Positions 1-12,599 of a DNA stretch of 64,000 nucleotides are shown piece after piece (within the stretch, counting starts at the first letter, position 1; each line of letters starts with the position of its first letter). The position numbers were made by a program, and so were the translations under genes. Source of the DNA: Paramoeba atlantica (Eukaryota > Protista > Discosea); contig CDRNVI010000170.1 of the NCBI GenBank assembly GCA_977017575.1, positions 124,001 through 188,000 of the forward strand. The letters are read 5' to 3'. The notes under the pieces were generated by a model. It saw only the letters and a list, made by a program, of their open reading frames with translations. It was not told the DNA's origin and did no database searches.

Positions 1-555
1 AATTTTCGAACCTCTGATCCGAAAAATCAAATCAGCAATCGTAGGGAGCTGGTAGTCTGGGGCTTCTGATTTCGCATTCACCCCTCTCAGGTCCATACAA
101 AGCCGAATATCATCTTCCTTCTTGCCACCTGAAACCTTGGGAGCTGCTACTAGAGGGGTGTTCCAGAGATTTCGCACTGAGGACACATCCTCCAGAGGAA
201 CTATCCACCCTTTTTCCAACCATTCAGTAACTCTCTGTTGAACTTTGCCACTTAATCTTTCTGGAATCGGGTACTGTCGCGTAAAAACCGGCTTTGGATC
301 GAGCAATGAAATCGAAAAATGCGAATTCCTGATATTACAACAAGTCCCATCAGGCAATCTCTGATTCTCTTCAAGAACTTCTTTAATCCCTCCCATTATT
401 TTCTCAACTTCATTCTCAGGCAGGCGTGTCTCTTCAGATGGCCCACTCCATCCCTCTTTGTCCGCTAAGTTAGTCTCATGGAACAACTTCTTCCTTTCTG
501 GGAACACTGGTGGGATTCCTTCGATTTCAACACCAAGTCGCTCCATCAGCCGCAC
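1..555 (-). pseudogene. pol: Reverse transcriptase N-terminal fragment (partial, frameshifted from protease)
   Basis: Manual translation: PVFTRQYPIP...WNTPLVAAPKVSGGKKEDDIRLCMDLRGVNAK, matching gypsy RT motifs 1-2. Confidence 0.85.
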
Positions 556-2185
556 TCAAAAGTACTCGATCTTTCCCTAAACCAGGTAAAGTCCAAATCA
601 AAATCTCAGCTTGGCCTTGGATTGTTGAAACTTTGACTTTCTTTGCTGTGTCTGTTTCTTGAACACATCCAGAAATTCCTCGGACTCGAAAATTTCTCTT
701 CACTAAATCTCCTTCTAAACGGTCAAAAACAGAAGGGTCAGCGAGTGTTGCACTTGCTCCTGAGTCAAAGATCGCCCACACTTCCACATCATTCCTCCCA
801 AGAGAGATTGGAATCTTGGGGAGCCCATCCGTATCTTCTTCCACCCCCAAACCAAAAAATCCTTCTTCAGTTAAAGCTAAATAAGCTTCCTCATCCTCAA
901 AATCAGATGTTGAAACATCAGTTCCAGGGACCCCCAGGTTTGATTCCTCTTCGGCAAGTCCAGCCAACCTCGGTTCAGCTTTCTTTTTTGGACACCCATT
1001 TGCATAGTGACCCTTTTCCCGACAAGAGAAACATCTTATCTTGGCCAAATCGCGTCCTCTCCTCTCTTGAGGCTCATCTCTGCGCAATTGCTGCCATGGA
1101 CCTTTACCTTCTGCTCCACCCCCTCAAGCCCAACACTCTTTCTCAAGATGGCCAGGTTTCCCACAATTCCGGCAGTTTGTTGGTCTCCTTGGCTCTACAG
1201 GACCAGGGGCACAAAAATGGTTAAGCAGGGCTGAACCCTCCCTTGCAGCTCCAATATCAATCAGATTGGTTACAGAGATTCGTGGCTCAAAAAGGTAGTC
1301 ACTTCCACACAATAATTCCCAGAAGGGCTGATAACCTGGGAGAACTGCTTTTTCCAAAAGCTCCTTCGCCTCTCGAGAACGAGGATCTGTCCCTGAAGCT
1401 GCTACCAGCAGATTAAACTGATACCCAAATGCGTCGAGTCTCTCACTTGGCTTTTGCTGGAGACTTTTCAAAGCTTTCAAAATCACCAACTTCCACCTTG
1501 GACCTAGCAACTTTACTGGAACCAACGCGAGCAATTCACGGAATGGACGGTTTTCTCTCATCTTTAGAAACCCACTGATCAAACTGGGTGTGGCTTCGAA
1601 CAGATATCTCTTTCGATCAGGCTCTGGGACACATTGGTTCTCCATACAGGAATGGAAGCGAAAAACAAAATCGAGCAACTGGAAAATCGTGACTTTTTCT
1701 TGCAGTTTCGGCAAATCTTGGATTTGGGGCAGTCTTTTCTTGTCTTTTGGCTTTTGTTGTTTCTCTACCCCAATTACATCATAAGCCATCAAAGTACTTC
1801 TCAAGCTCGTCAACCTCCGGTTGACTAGTTCAACCCTCGCCCTTTCCATGGCTGACAAACTATCTTTCAACAAAAGAGCCGTATTCTCTTTTCGTAAAAC
1901 TCGACACTTCTCTTGAAGGGCCTCAGCCTCCTCAAAATCTTCCTCTTTCTCTACAGATTTGGAGGACTTCTGTACCGTCGAACTTGTACCCAGCGAACTC
2001 GATAAACTTGATTGCTCTGGTTCCGAACCAATCGAAACCAATCCTTGATTCGAACACATCGAACTCGATCCTCGATTCGAACACATCAAATGTCTTTTCA
2101 TGGATCCAAGCTCCGTACAAAACGAAACTTCTTCATCAAAAATTGACAACACATCGTCAAGCGAATCAAATAATTCAAATGACAT
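527..2185 (-). pseudogene. gag: gag-protease frame interrupted by one in-frame TGA (1124-1126)
   Basis: ORFs 1124..2185 and 527..1087 share a frame: ECWA*GGGAEGKGPW. A frameshift near 545-555 separates the protease end (MERLGVEI) from this frame. Confidence 0.8.
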
Positions 2186-3790
2186 ACTCGACCAAATAAA
2201 AAAGGACTTTCAACCAAAAAAAGTGAATGACCTCCTGACTCCACACCAGACACACAGTCACTCCAACACACAGAGAACAATGGACTCAAGAATGGTCTTC
2301 AAGCGCTTTTTTTATTCTGAAACTCCCAAGTGAGTTTCTTTCTCTTTCTCTTCTTCAGCTAATATCTGAACTCTACAAGTTCATAATTCTTCTCCTTCTT
2401 GAGCTTCATCTTTCACTGAATTCCCCTGGGGCTAAACTAGCACCCTGTGCACAAACAAACTCCTAAGGAGAGGGGTAAGGACAAGCAGAGATATTGGAGA
2501 GGAGACAAAGCAATAGACCTGAATTGAACAAATGGCTGATTCATTTTGTAAACAAATGAGAAATCTTCTCTTGAATGGAATATTACCAGAATCAAAAATG
2601 GAAGCAAAGAATAATCAATTTTGAATTTCCAATCTTGTGTCCACAAGTTCATCTTGCATGATCTGACATCTTTAAAGTAAATTAAAAACCAGAGGAGAAG
2701 AAGGCAAAGAAGAAGGAAGGGGTAAGACAAGAGTGGATGAGGGACAAAATGGGGCGCACAGGAGATGGACAAAAAGCACACACATCATCAGAAGGAATGC
2801 AATATCTCAAAAGATATCCTTGATCAAAGAATCTAAGCACTTTCTGCACATAAAAAGCACTCTTGTACCTCATCATTGTAGTCACCATGATCAAATTCAA
2901 GCATGGTGTGGAAGACCAGCTTGTGGAATTAATGAGGGGAATAGGGGGAAATGGAGAAAGAGAATTTAGGGCTTGAGAAAGAAATAAAAGAGAGAGAGAG
3001 ACACATGAGAATGGAAAGGATGAGAAAGTGAAATTTGATTTAGGAGAAATCTTCAATCCTATCAACAAGAACAGAAGAAAATGATTCTCTAACACCAACT
3101 TTAGGAAATCCAAGGATCTTGAGAGGTGGATGTTATCAAATGAGGAGGTTCAAGGAGATTTCAAAGAAAGTGATGAAGAAATATGAACCCAAGAGGAGCA
3201 GACTAGTAATGCCAATCAGCTCAGTTGGCCAAAAGGATGAATATTTCCCCCCTTGATAAGGGTCACTGAGATCCTCAGGGGATGCAAGGGGGGGTTTGAA
3301 TATTGAGACCTTTTGTCAAGCCACCTTTTGGGCAGTTAAGAGGAAGCAGCCAAGAACCTATTTGAATGTTGAATTGGCCCAATTGGTTCAGATTGCAATC
3401 AGAAAGAAAAGAAGATGGAAGATTGAGATCAAAATAAATAAGGGGGGGGGTTTTGGAGTTGGCTTGAGAAACTCTACTCCAAAAAGGGGAAAAGACCAAA
3501 ACCAAGGATAATCAAGAGGGATAAACAATGGAAAAGAAGGCCAGAGAAAGTACTCAAGAAGTATGCAAAGGAACAGAACAAAGAGGAGACTTCACCAACA
3601 GCAGCATCTCCAGCCTTTTTGTACCAAAGAGAAAGAATGATCTGAGATATGTGAACCACACAGCACAAAAACTGTGAGACTCTGGGAGAAATGTTTCACC
3701 ATCTTCCAAAAGAAAAGGAAAAACCAGAAAAAAAGAAAAAACCAGAAAAACCAGAAAAAAAACAAATAAAATTGTTAAACTTTCCAGAAA

Positions 3791-6288
3791 ATCAGGTTCC
3801 TTCCAGGCCAAAAGACTAATTAGGCCCTCTTTTTTTGAAGCCACTGGTGGGTGGAGGGGAGATTTTTTTTGATAAACTTTTTAATAAAGATCTTTTAAAC
3901 AAGAATATCAAGAAATATTTGTCCAAATATTGTTTTTTGAAAAAAAAAATTGAGTCACCAAAAAAAAAAAAACATCATTTTTCAAAAGGACTAATTAATC
4001 CTCAATCATGTGCCTGCTCATATGGTCAGCAAAGCAACCTGAACAAAAAATGAGTGTTTGATCACAGGAGCAATAGGTTTGAACTTTCTTTGTACAATTT
4101 GTCCCATTTGCATCTACTCTTCTGGTACTCTTGTCTGGCTTCAGTCCAATTACCATTTCACCAAACTCCAGCAAAGTTGGGCTTGATCATCAGATGATGT
4201 TCTACACGAGTTGGGAGTGGTATTCGCAGGTTATAGCCTTCATCCAAGGGATGATTCTGAGAGAGTAAACCTTGGGCAACCTCAAAACGAAATTCTGCAA
4301 AGGAGAGCTCTTTGGCTTGGGGGAAAAAGTGCTGAAATATGAGGAAGGCATTGACTTCCACAACTACAAGAATGAAAGCAAACTGCCTGTGGACCCATTT
4401 TTTGGTCTTCCAGGAACTCTCCAAGGAGAGAGAACCTTGCCTCAGTTGGTTGTGATCATCCACACAATGCCTGGTTTGATAGTAAAAGTCAAGAGGCTGA
4501 GTATATCACAGGGAGAGTCTTTGGCCTTCAAGCTTGCAATTTCGTGGGCAACCAGTGGGAAAAGAAGTTCCCCAGGTATTAATCATTATAGAAGAGTGAT
4601 GAACATCTTGGAAAGCCTCCACATAGAATTTATAACCTCTCAGAGATCCTTTCTTCACTTTCACACATAACCAGGTTCCTTCTCCTTGAGGTGTGCAACA
4701 ATCTCTTCCCCTGGAATTCCTTTGGGCCAATATCGTTTTTTCTTCACAACTGAAGTACAATACAATCCCTTCTCAAAGAAGTTGAATACAACCTTCCAAC
4801 ACACAAAAACCACTATCCAAAGCAACTACTCGACCAGTTCCCCAAATTTCCTCAGTCATTCTAAGCATTAAACCAACAGTTTTCGCTCCAGAACCAGATG
4901 GAGGTTGAAACTTGGGCAGGCCCATTTCAGGAGGATGGGACTTTCCTTCCACAATTTCAAGAAAGAATATCACTCTAGTCTCCCCACAACCAATTGTATG
5001 ATATTCATTTCCAAAAGGATGAGGTTCCTTCTGAACAAACATCCAACCAGGAGCCCATTTACAGAACCACACCACCATAGACTCATCCAGACAGACCTGC
5101 CAACTTGGAACAAAGATGGTCTTCATCTTCTCGTTAAAAGCAGCAATCAGGGGTCGAATTTCCCACATACGGTCTGTGTAAGAGGGTTTTGCAGAGAGAG
5201 GAGCAAGTTTAAGAGAGGAAACAATCATATCAAACTGATTTCTACTGATATATTTCCCAAGATAAGGCAGTGTACCATGCAAGGAAGATCCAGCTGAATC
5301 CTTTGAAATTCGAAAAAAATCCCTTCTTTTATGTCCTGGGTAGAAAGACATAATCTGGCACAAGGCAATAAAATCAAGCATTTCAGCTTCAGTGAAGTTC
5401 AAAGAATGGTTAAACTCATTTTTGTTGCTTTCAGCACATCAGTTTTTAGAAAGGTTAGAGGCAGAACTTGGAGAAAAATATCGAGGGGAGTGGGGACATA
5501 AACAGCATCAAAGCGAATTCTTGTACAGGCCTTGAAGTCTTGTGCTCCTATCACAGCACGAGCATCAGTTGTTGAGGAAGACCACTCAGAAACACAAAGG
5601 AAAGATCATTTTCAACGAGTTCTGCTGCATTGTCTTCCCCTTCCTCCTCAATATCAGAGCAAGATTCAGTATCTTCATCATCAGTATCAGATGAGCCCAA
5701 AACAGGCACAGAGGTTGTTGATGCCTGGGATGAACCAGAACTTGATCCTCCTGAGCCAGAAGAGGATGATGAAGATGAAGATGGATGAGTTGAAGTCCCA
5801 CAACCCTCTGAGACATCCGCTTCTCCAACAAACTTCAAATTTTCAGGGAGAGCCAGAAGGTAATCATTCTGGAAGACAGGAGAATGAAGCAAAACTACCA
5901 TCTGAGATTTCCTGTCATAGTTCTGAAGTTCCACCCTTTTCACCCTGAGTGAAGAGAGAGATGCTCCTTGATATTGGTCACCAAAATGTTTCCTTACAAG
6001 ATGAGAAGGGCAAAGGTTCACAGCTTTGCAGAACCAAATAGTATCCTCCTTCAATTCTTCAATTCTTGGAGAAGTTGATCCAGAACTCATTTTTCTCACC
6101 ACTGTAACTTTTTTCATTCAGACTTTCTGAGAAAGGCATTGTGATGAAAATCAAGAAAAAACCTCAAAGAAACACAAAAGAAAGTCAAAAAAAAAAAAAA
6201 GTTCAAAAATGTGCTTTATTTTGGCCAACAAACAGGAGCCTAATTAGGCCCAAAAAGACTAATTAGGCCCCCCTGGAAGGAACCCGAT
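3791..6288 (-). mobile_element. piggyBac-like DNA transposon, degenerate (~2.5 kb)
   Basis: 17-bp imperfect inverted repeat atc(a/g)ggttccttccagg at 3791-3807 and 6272-6288; subterminal direct repeat caaaagactaattaggccc near both ends; encloses transposase fragments. Confidence 0.7.
3995..6117 (-). pseudogene. piggyBac-family (DDE_Tnp_1_7-like) transposase, fragmented
   Basis: IRPLIAAFN...CLDESMV, VALDSGF and DDHNQLR provide a D-D-D triad across ORFs 4773..5402 and 4158..4463. C-terminal Cys/His module TYCSC...CFADH at ~4000-4080. Acidic N-terminal part in 5551..6117. Confidence 0.8.
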
Positions 6289-6612
6289 ATAATATTGTTA
6301 ACCAAAATAAACCTGATCAAATTGTGCAATATCTTGATGCAATAAATGAGGAAATATATAATATATTTGTTCTCATTCTCACTTCTAATCTAAGAGAAGG
6401 AAAGAAAAGATTGAAGAAGAGATAAAAAAAAATGAAAAAATTCACTATGTGAGAATTGAACCTGTTAGATGAATAGATGGTTCTTGCCCTTCTCCTTATT
6501 CTCCTAAGGTTTGAAAAAGAAGTTTTTCAATCCCCCTCCTTTGAAACAAAAATAGAAGACATTATTTGAAAAATAACTTTCTTCAAAAGAACAATGAACC
6601 CCCAGAATTTTC

Positions 6613-6658
6613 ATACTCTCTGGGTGCTAATTTGAAAATTTGTACCCAGAGAGAGTAT
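6613..6658. repeat. Hairpin family copy 1
   Basis: atactctctgggt / acccagagagagtat arms around loop gctaatttgaaaatttgt. Confidence 0.75.
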
Positions 6659-7559
6659 AAGTCTTCTTGCTTGAGGTCATTTGAGTTTTGCTTGTATTGC
6701 CACTGAACAAGGAAAGAACCAAAATAGTCACTTCTTCAAAAAAGATCAAAAGAAATGAGTTCTCTGTTCAAAAAAAAAATGTGAAAAAGGAGGTGAAAAG
6801 AAAAGATAAAGAAGATAAAAACTAGTAAGAAAAAGAAAGAAAAAAGAACCTTGTGTCTTTACCTCTCACAGCTTAATAGATGGTCTCCCTGATCCAGTGT
6901 CCCCTCAAGGTAAAATGATTCCCATTTCTCTCAAAGTTCTTGTTTCTCAAAAGACAAAGGGAATGCCAAATCAAAGAAAGGTCCCAACATTGAACTGAAC
7001 TGGGGTGAGTCATAAAATAATTAAAGAAATAATTGATATTCTCAAGGATCCACCAGGTCTAATCCTCTTAAATAACATCAAAGAAATAATAGTGTTGTTT
7101 GAACAATATCAAAAGAACTATTTAACTTGTTCATATATAAAACTCCTTACAATCCATTCAATTTGTTTTGCCTTTCTCAATCTTGGATATTAATCACAAG
7201 CACAAAGTGGAGACATTATCATCACAACAAGACACTCCCTCAACAGGTATTCAACAAAACCAAATAACCCATAACCCAAATATCCAACCAAGAAACAACC
7301 ACCTCTAAAAACCACCAACAAATAACAAACAACAAAACAATAAAACAACAATCCCCCCACAAACAATGCACAATACTCCAGGAACAACAAAACACAAAAT
7401 AAAGAAGGGGGGAAAACCTGGTGTGATAACAAGGACAAAACAATAGTGGTGACAACAACTTGCACAGCAGAAAGTGCCTTTGGTGAGAAGGTGGAAAATC
7501 AGAAAGGTGCCAAGTGTATTTTTCTACCCCATCATGAATTCTCCATTATTGTTTGTGTT

Positions 7560-8629
7560 AAAAACCACCCACTCTCACTCCCTTCATTCAAAAGGAAAGT
7601 CAATCAAAAAATTCAAAATAAAAAACAAAAGGAAAGGGGAAGGAGGAAAGGAAAAAAAAGAAAAAGGAGGAAAAGAGGGGGAAAAACAAAAGAGATAAGA
7701 AGAAAAAAGGTAAAAAAGGGAGAAAAAGGGGAAAGATAAGAAAGAAACAGGAAGAAAAGAAGAAAAAACCTCTGATTGAAAGCAGATCAATCAAAGAAAA
7801 GAACCCTTTTCAATGTAATAGATAAGAATGGAAAATGTGGAACACTTTTGTCTCTGTTCTAAAATAAAAGATTAAACAAAAGAAAAGGAAGGAAGAAAAA
7901 AAAAGAAAGAAAAAAAAAAGAGAAAAAACAAAGAAAAAAGAGAAGAAAAAAAAGAAAGAAAAAAAACAAAAAAAAAGAAGAAAAAAAAAGAAAAAAAAGA
8001 ACCTCATCTGGTGGGATCTCAAGTCTCCCTGACTCCCTAACTCCTCAGCTCCTCTCTCTCTCTCTCTTTCTCTCTCTTACCAAGAATTGAATCATCTTCT
8101 GGGACATTCCAATTCTTTGAGGGTCCCAAATCGCTGAAAAATGTCAAAGAAGAAAAAAGAATTGTTTGAACAAATCAAAAGGACTTTTTAATTTGTTCAT
8201 AAAACTCCAAAACATCACCACAAAATCCCTTCAATTGTTCTGTCTTTCTTGTTTTTTGGTTATATTGTCATCTAACAGAAAAAGAAAAAAGAAAAGAAAG
8301 AAAAATTAGTTTTCCAATTAAAAAAAAACAAAGAAAAACAAAGAAAAGAAAAAAAACACATTACAAAACACCCAACAAAATAAAGGTTTTTGATCTTAAG
8401 AAAAAGAGAACAAAAAAAGAAAGAAAAAGAAAAAGAAAAAAAGAAAAAAATACATTTGAACAAGATTCGTGAGTTGAGTGGTCATGTGAATGAATTCTTA
8501 CTGAAATACCTACAAAGAGAAAAGAAAGAAAGAAGAAAGAAAGAAAAAAGAAAGAAAGAAGAGGGAAAGAAAGAAAGAAAGAAAGAAGAGGGAAAGAAAA
8601 GAAATAAAAAAAAAAAATATTATGAAAGG

Positions 8630-8670
<41 letters not shown>

Positions 8671-10140
8671 GAGAGGGAGAGAAGAAAAAGAGAAAGAGAG
8701 AGAAAAGTGAGAGAGAAAAGAGAGAGAGAAAGAAAGAAAAGAAAAATAATCATCAGAACAGTATAATTTATCCAAAAAATAATCAGAAGAAAAAAAAGAA
8801 AAAAAAGAAAGAAAAAGAAAAGAAAAACATTTGAAGAAGATCAGAGGGTGTGCAAAATTAATTCAACAGGCATTGCCCACTGAGATAGTTGTCCGCCAAA
8901 AGCCTTTTTTAACAAATAATAGAGAGAAGAGAGAAGAGAGAAGAGAGAGAGAAAGAAAAAGCGGAAGAGAAAGAGAAAGAGAAGAGGAGAAGAGAGAGAG
9001 AGGAGAGAAGGAGAGAAGGAGAGAAGGAGAGAAGAAGAAAGAGAGAGAAGAATTAAATATGATAAAATTATTAAAAGAATAATAAAAGAAAGAAAAAAAA
9101 AAATAATAAAATAATAAAATAAAATAAAAATAAAAATAAAAATGAAAATAAAAATAAAAATAAAATAAAAATAAAAATAAAACAAAATAAAAAATAAAAA
9201 ATAAAAAAAAAAACATGATTTGGACATGAAGATTTTCAATTTCTAATGGAACAGCCCTCTCAAAGTATTGTCAGAAAGATCACTAGAAAGAGAAGAGAGA
9301 GAAGAGAGAGGGAGAGAAAAGGGGAGAGAGAAAGAGAGAGAAGAATGAAAAAGTTAAAAGAAAAAGAAAAGAAAAAAAAGAAAAAGAAAAAGAAAAAAGA
9401 AAAAAGAAAAAGAAAAAGAAACAAATAAAACAAGAGAAGAAAGGAGATAGTTGTTTGCCAAAAGCCTTTTTTAACAAATAATAGAAAGAGAGAAGAGAAA
9501 GAGAGAAGAGAGAAGAGAGAGAGAAAGAAAAAGCAGAAGAGAAAGAGAAAGAGAAGAGGAGAGGAGAGAGAGAGGAGAGAAGGAGAGAATGAGAAAGAGA
9601 GAGAAGAAGAAGAAGAGAAGCAAAAAAACAGAGGTTGTGTGTTGCTCACCCTCCTCTCCCATTCTCTCTCCCCCCCCCCAAGAACCCCCCCTCTTGCTCT
9701 TCCATTTTTTGTTTTCCATTGTGATTGTGGGTATTTGTAATTTTTTTTCATACTCTCTGGGTTCAAATTTTCAGATTCACATCCAGAGAGTATGAAAAAT
9801 CCAAATGAAAAAAACACAAAAACATTGTCCTCCCAGATGAAATCTTCCAATCTCACAAACAAAAGAGAAAAAGAGAGGAACTAAAAAAAAGAATTACCCT
9901 CAAGAGAGAGAAAAGACAAAGGGGGAAAACAGCAGTGAGAAAAAAAAGAAAAAAAAAACAAGAAAAAAAAAGGGAAAGACAAAAGAAAGAAAAGAAAAAA
10001 GGAGAAAAAAAAACAGATGGAGAAAAAAGAAAAAAAGAAAACCCAAGAAAAGAAAAAAAAGGAAAACTCAAAAAAACAAAAAAAGGGAGAAAAAGGAAAA
10101 AGAGAAGAGAAGGAGGAAAAAACCTCTTTTCTTGATCAGC
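7560..10140 (+). repeat. Purine-rich low-complexity tract with AG/AAAG microsatellites and an AAAAAT run (9100-9210)
   Basis: Direct reading. Includes a ~180-bp block duplicated at ~8870-9050 and ~9440-9615 (gagatagttgt..gccaaaagccttttt..). Confidence 0.9.
9744..9799. repeat. Hairpin family copy 2
   Basis: Perfect 17-bp stem tttttcatactctctgg / ccagagagtatgaaaaa. Confidence 0.8.
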
Positions 10141-11831
10141 TAGAATGCCCCTCTCCCCTCTCCCTCCCATGAAACATCCCCCCCCACCCCCCCACCCCTC
10201 CTCAAAAAATTATCATCATGATATTTGTGGTTGATTCTATCACCATCCCTTTTAACCCCCCCCCTCTCCCCTCTCCCTTTGCATTCCCCCCTTTTACTCC
10301 CTCTCCCCCATCACCCACCCCACAGAAAAAGGCAGTTGTTCAAGTCAGTTTGGAAGCTCCCTCAATGGAGGTCACATTGAGTGGAAAAGAGAATGAAAGA
10401 GGAAAAAAAGAGAGGAAGGGGAACTGAAGAGGTCGGAAGAAGAAAACTGAAGAGGGCGAAGAGGAGAGAAGAAGAGGAAGGAAGAAAAAACGAAAAAAAA
10501 AAAAACCAATTATCAAGCTGACAAAGAGCATCTTTTTGCCCTTTCTCTTTCCCGAAAAATTAAAGGATCTAAATCAGCGGCTCAACGCTTTTTTTTTGTT
10601 TTGTGAAAAGGAGGGAGAAGAGAGAAGAGAGAGAGAAAGAGAGACTTTGTTTGGTAAAAGTTTGTGTTTGGGTTGTTGAATTCAAGGGATCTCTCCTCTT
10701 TTTCCTTTGGTTTTTTTTTGACTTTTCATGGTTTGTTTCTTTTGTTTCTTTTGTTTCTTTTGTTTTTCTTTCTTTCCTTTCCTTTTTTTTTGTCTTTTTG
10801 GATTTTTGTCTCAACCTTCCAAAGATTGTTCTGAGGTTTTCTTTCTTTTTTTGTCATTTCAAACTTTTCAAACTGCTGTTTTTAAATTTTTCCTCTTTTT
10901 GAATGTATTTTGGTGACCCCCCAAAAAATCATATTTGAAGTGGAGGAGGGAGAATGAATACAAGAAAGAGAAAAGAGAGAGAGAGGTGGGGAAAAAAAAA
11001 GGGATTGTTGCCTTTTCAAAAAGTAATTGCTAGATTCAATAAAAATCAATTTATTCAAATTTTAAAGAGCAAGTGAGTGGGTGATGTTCCTGCCCCCCCA
11101 CTCCTCTTTTTTTGTTGTTTAAATCAAATTGTTTTGTTGAGAGAAATAAGAATGAGAATTTTATTTGTGACCCCACAGAGTGGCACAAAGAACACACTGC
11201 TTTTGAAGTGTTTCAGTGAATCAACTCACAAAAGAAAGATTTATTTTTGAGAGAGTGAGTTGGTGTTTGCATTTTCGTTTTGGCTCTCACTCTCCCCTTC
11301 AAAATTGTGAGAATGGATGTTTACCCACTCAGCAAGCGCCTCCCATCAACCCTGACAACAGTACAATAAAATGTGAGAGTTTAAAGTTTCCATTCTGGAA
11401 TAAAAGACCTGGACTGGTGGGTCATGAATGCCTTTTTGTGCCATGAAGATCTTTTTCTTTTTGGTGGGCCAAAGGAAGTTTCCAAACTTTGTTCTTGTCG
11501 TTTTCTTTTTCTCTCTTTGTCTTCTTTTCCTTCCTCATCCTTTTTTTCTTTTTCTTTTTTCTTTCCTTTTTCTTCTGCTTTCTTTTCCCTTCCTCCTGTT
11601 CCTCTTTCTCTTTCTCTTTTTCTTTTTCATCTTTCCCTTTCTCTTTCTCTTTCTCTTTTTCTTTCTCATCTTTCTTTTCATCTTTCTTTCCTTTTACTTC
11701 TGTTTTCTTTTTCCATTCTCTTCCTGTTTTTTTTTTCTCTTTGAAACCACGGGGGATGTGATAAGGATTGGTCGCTTGTCGTTGTGCCTTGGGACGTCTT
11801 CAAAGAATCCTTTCTTGATCCCATCCCAATC

Positions 11832-12273
11832 CTAATCAAATCTGATTTTCTGGTAAAGTGGCCAATCAGGAGGACAAGAAAAGCGAGCAAGTTTCTTCTT
11901 TCGATTCGTAATCCACTTCGGCGGAGAATTCAGATGATTTGTGAGAAGAAAGAGACTCAACAATAATGCAGCAACATGCTTACATTTATTGTGAGTGTTT
12001 CGCCCACCTTGGGCAAGGACAAGATGATGAAAGTATTCCAGAAGGAGTAAGCGAAGTTCGAACCAGATAGTTCTTGTTGGCAGTTTTCTCAGCATGAACA
12101 AACCCCTTCTCATAAATATCCCACTGGTTCGGAGTTTCTTGGAGGAACTGAAGTTTCCTCACATCCCCACAAGCTATTATATCTTTTCCTTTTCGAAAAT
12201 TTTGAGAACCACTCACGAAAAGAGCAACAGAATCCTCAGAAAAGTCGGAAGGCAAACGAGGAATGAAGGCCAT
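11832..12273 (-). pseudogene. SWIM zinc-finger protein, frameshifted
   Basis: YLVRTSL...SSSCPCP followed in another frame by KCKHVAALLL: CxC...CxH SWIM signature. Confidence 0.65.
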
Positions 12274-12599
12274 TCACAAAACACAAAAAAGAACGTTTTC
12301 TGCGCTATTCCAAATTTGGGACCATTTAAATTGGCTGGTTTGGAAACTCCCCATTTGGGAGGAATTTATTCTGGGGATGAAGGTCTGTTCGACTGAAAAC
12401 CATCATCATGTCATTCACCAAATGAGGAAGACCACATTTTTCTCTGTTTTTTTGGTCTCCTGTTCTCCTGCTGCTATTCCTGCCTTCACCATCAACTTGA
12501 CAAGATGGTAGGTCACTTGTTCATCCTTCTTCTCCTTGTAGAAACTCGAGATCTTCAGCAGTAAGAAAGCAGGAATGATCACTTCCAATCTTAACTTCA

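Larger units (their letters stand above)
1..2185 (-). mobile_element. Degenerate Ty3/gypsy retrotransposon (gag-protease-RT start), running off the left edge
   Basis: Gag with QQKPSE-type motif and two CCHC knuckles (CRNCGKPGHLEKEC, CFSCREKGHYANGC), protease motif DSGAS, then RT N-terminus (WNTPLVAAPK...DIRLCMDLRGVN) at 60-180. No LTR recognised. Confidence 0.88.

Noticed and set aside
11180-11445. Short inverted repeat tggcacaaa / tttgtgcca suggesting a MITE
   Set aside because: Only 9-10 bp, no TSD, no second copy seen.
7400-11760. Dozens of K/E/R-rich and F/L/S-rich ORFs (also at 16.9-17.3, 26.5-29.8 and 32.1-33.7 kb)
   Set aside because: They are translations of AG/CT microsatellites and poly-A tracts, open in several frames at once, with no domain content.
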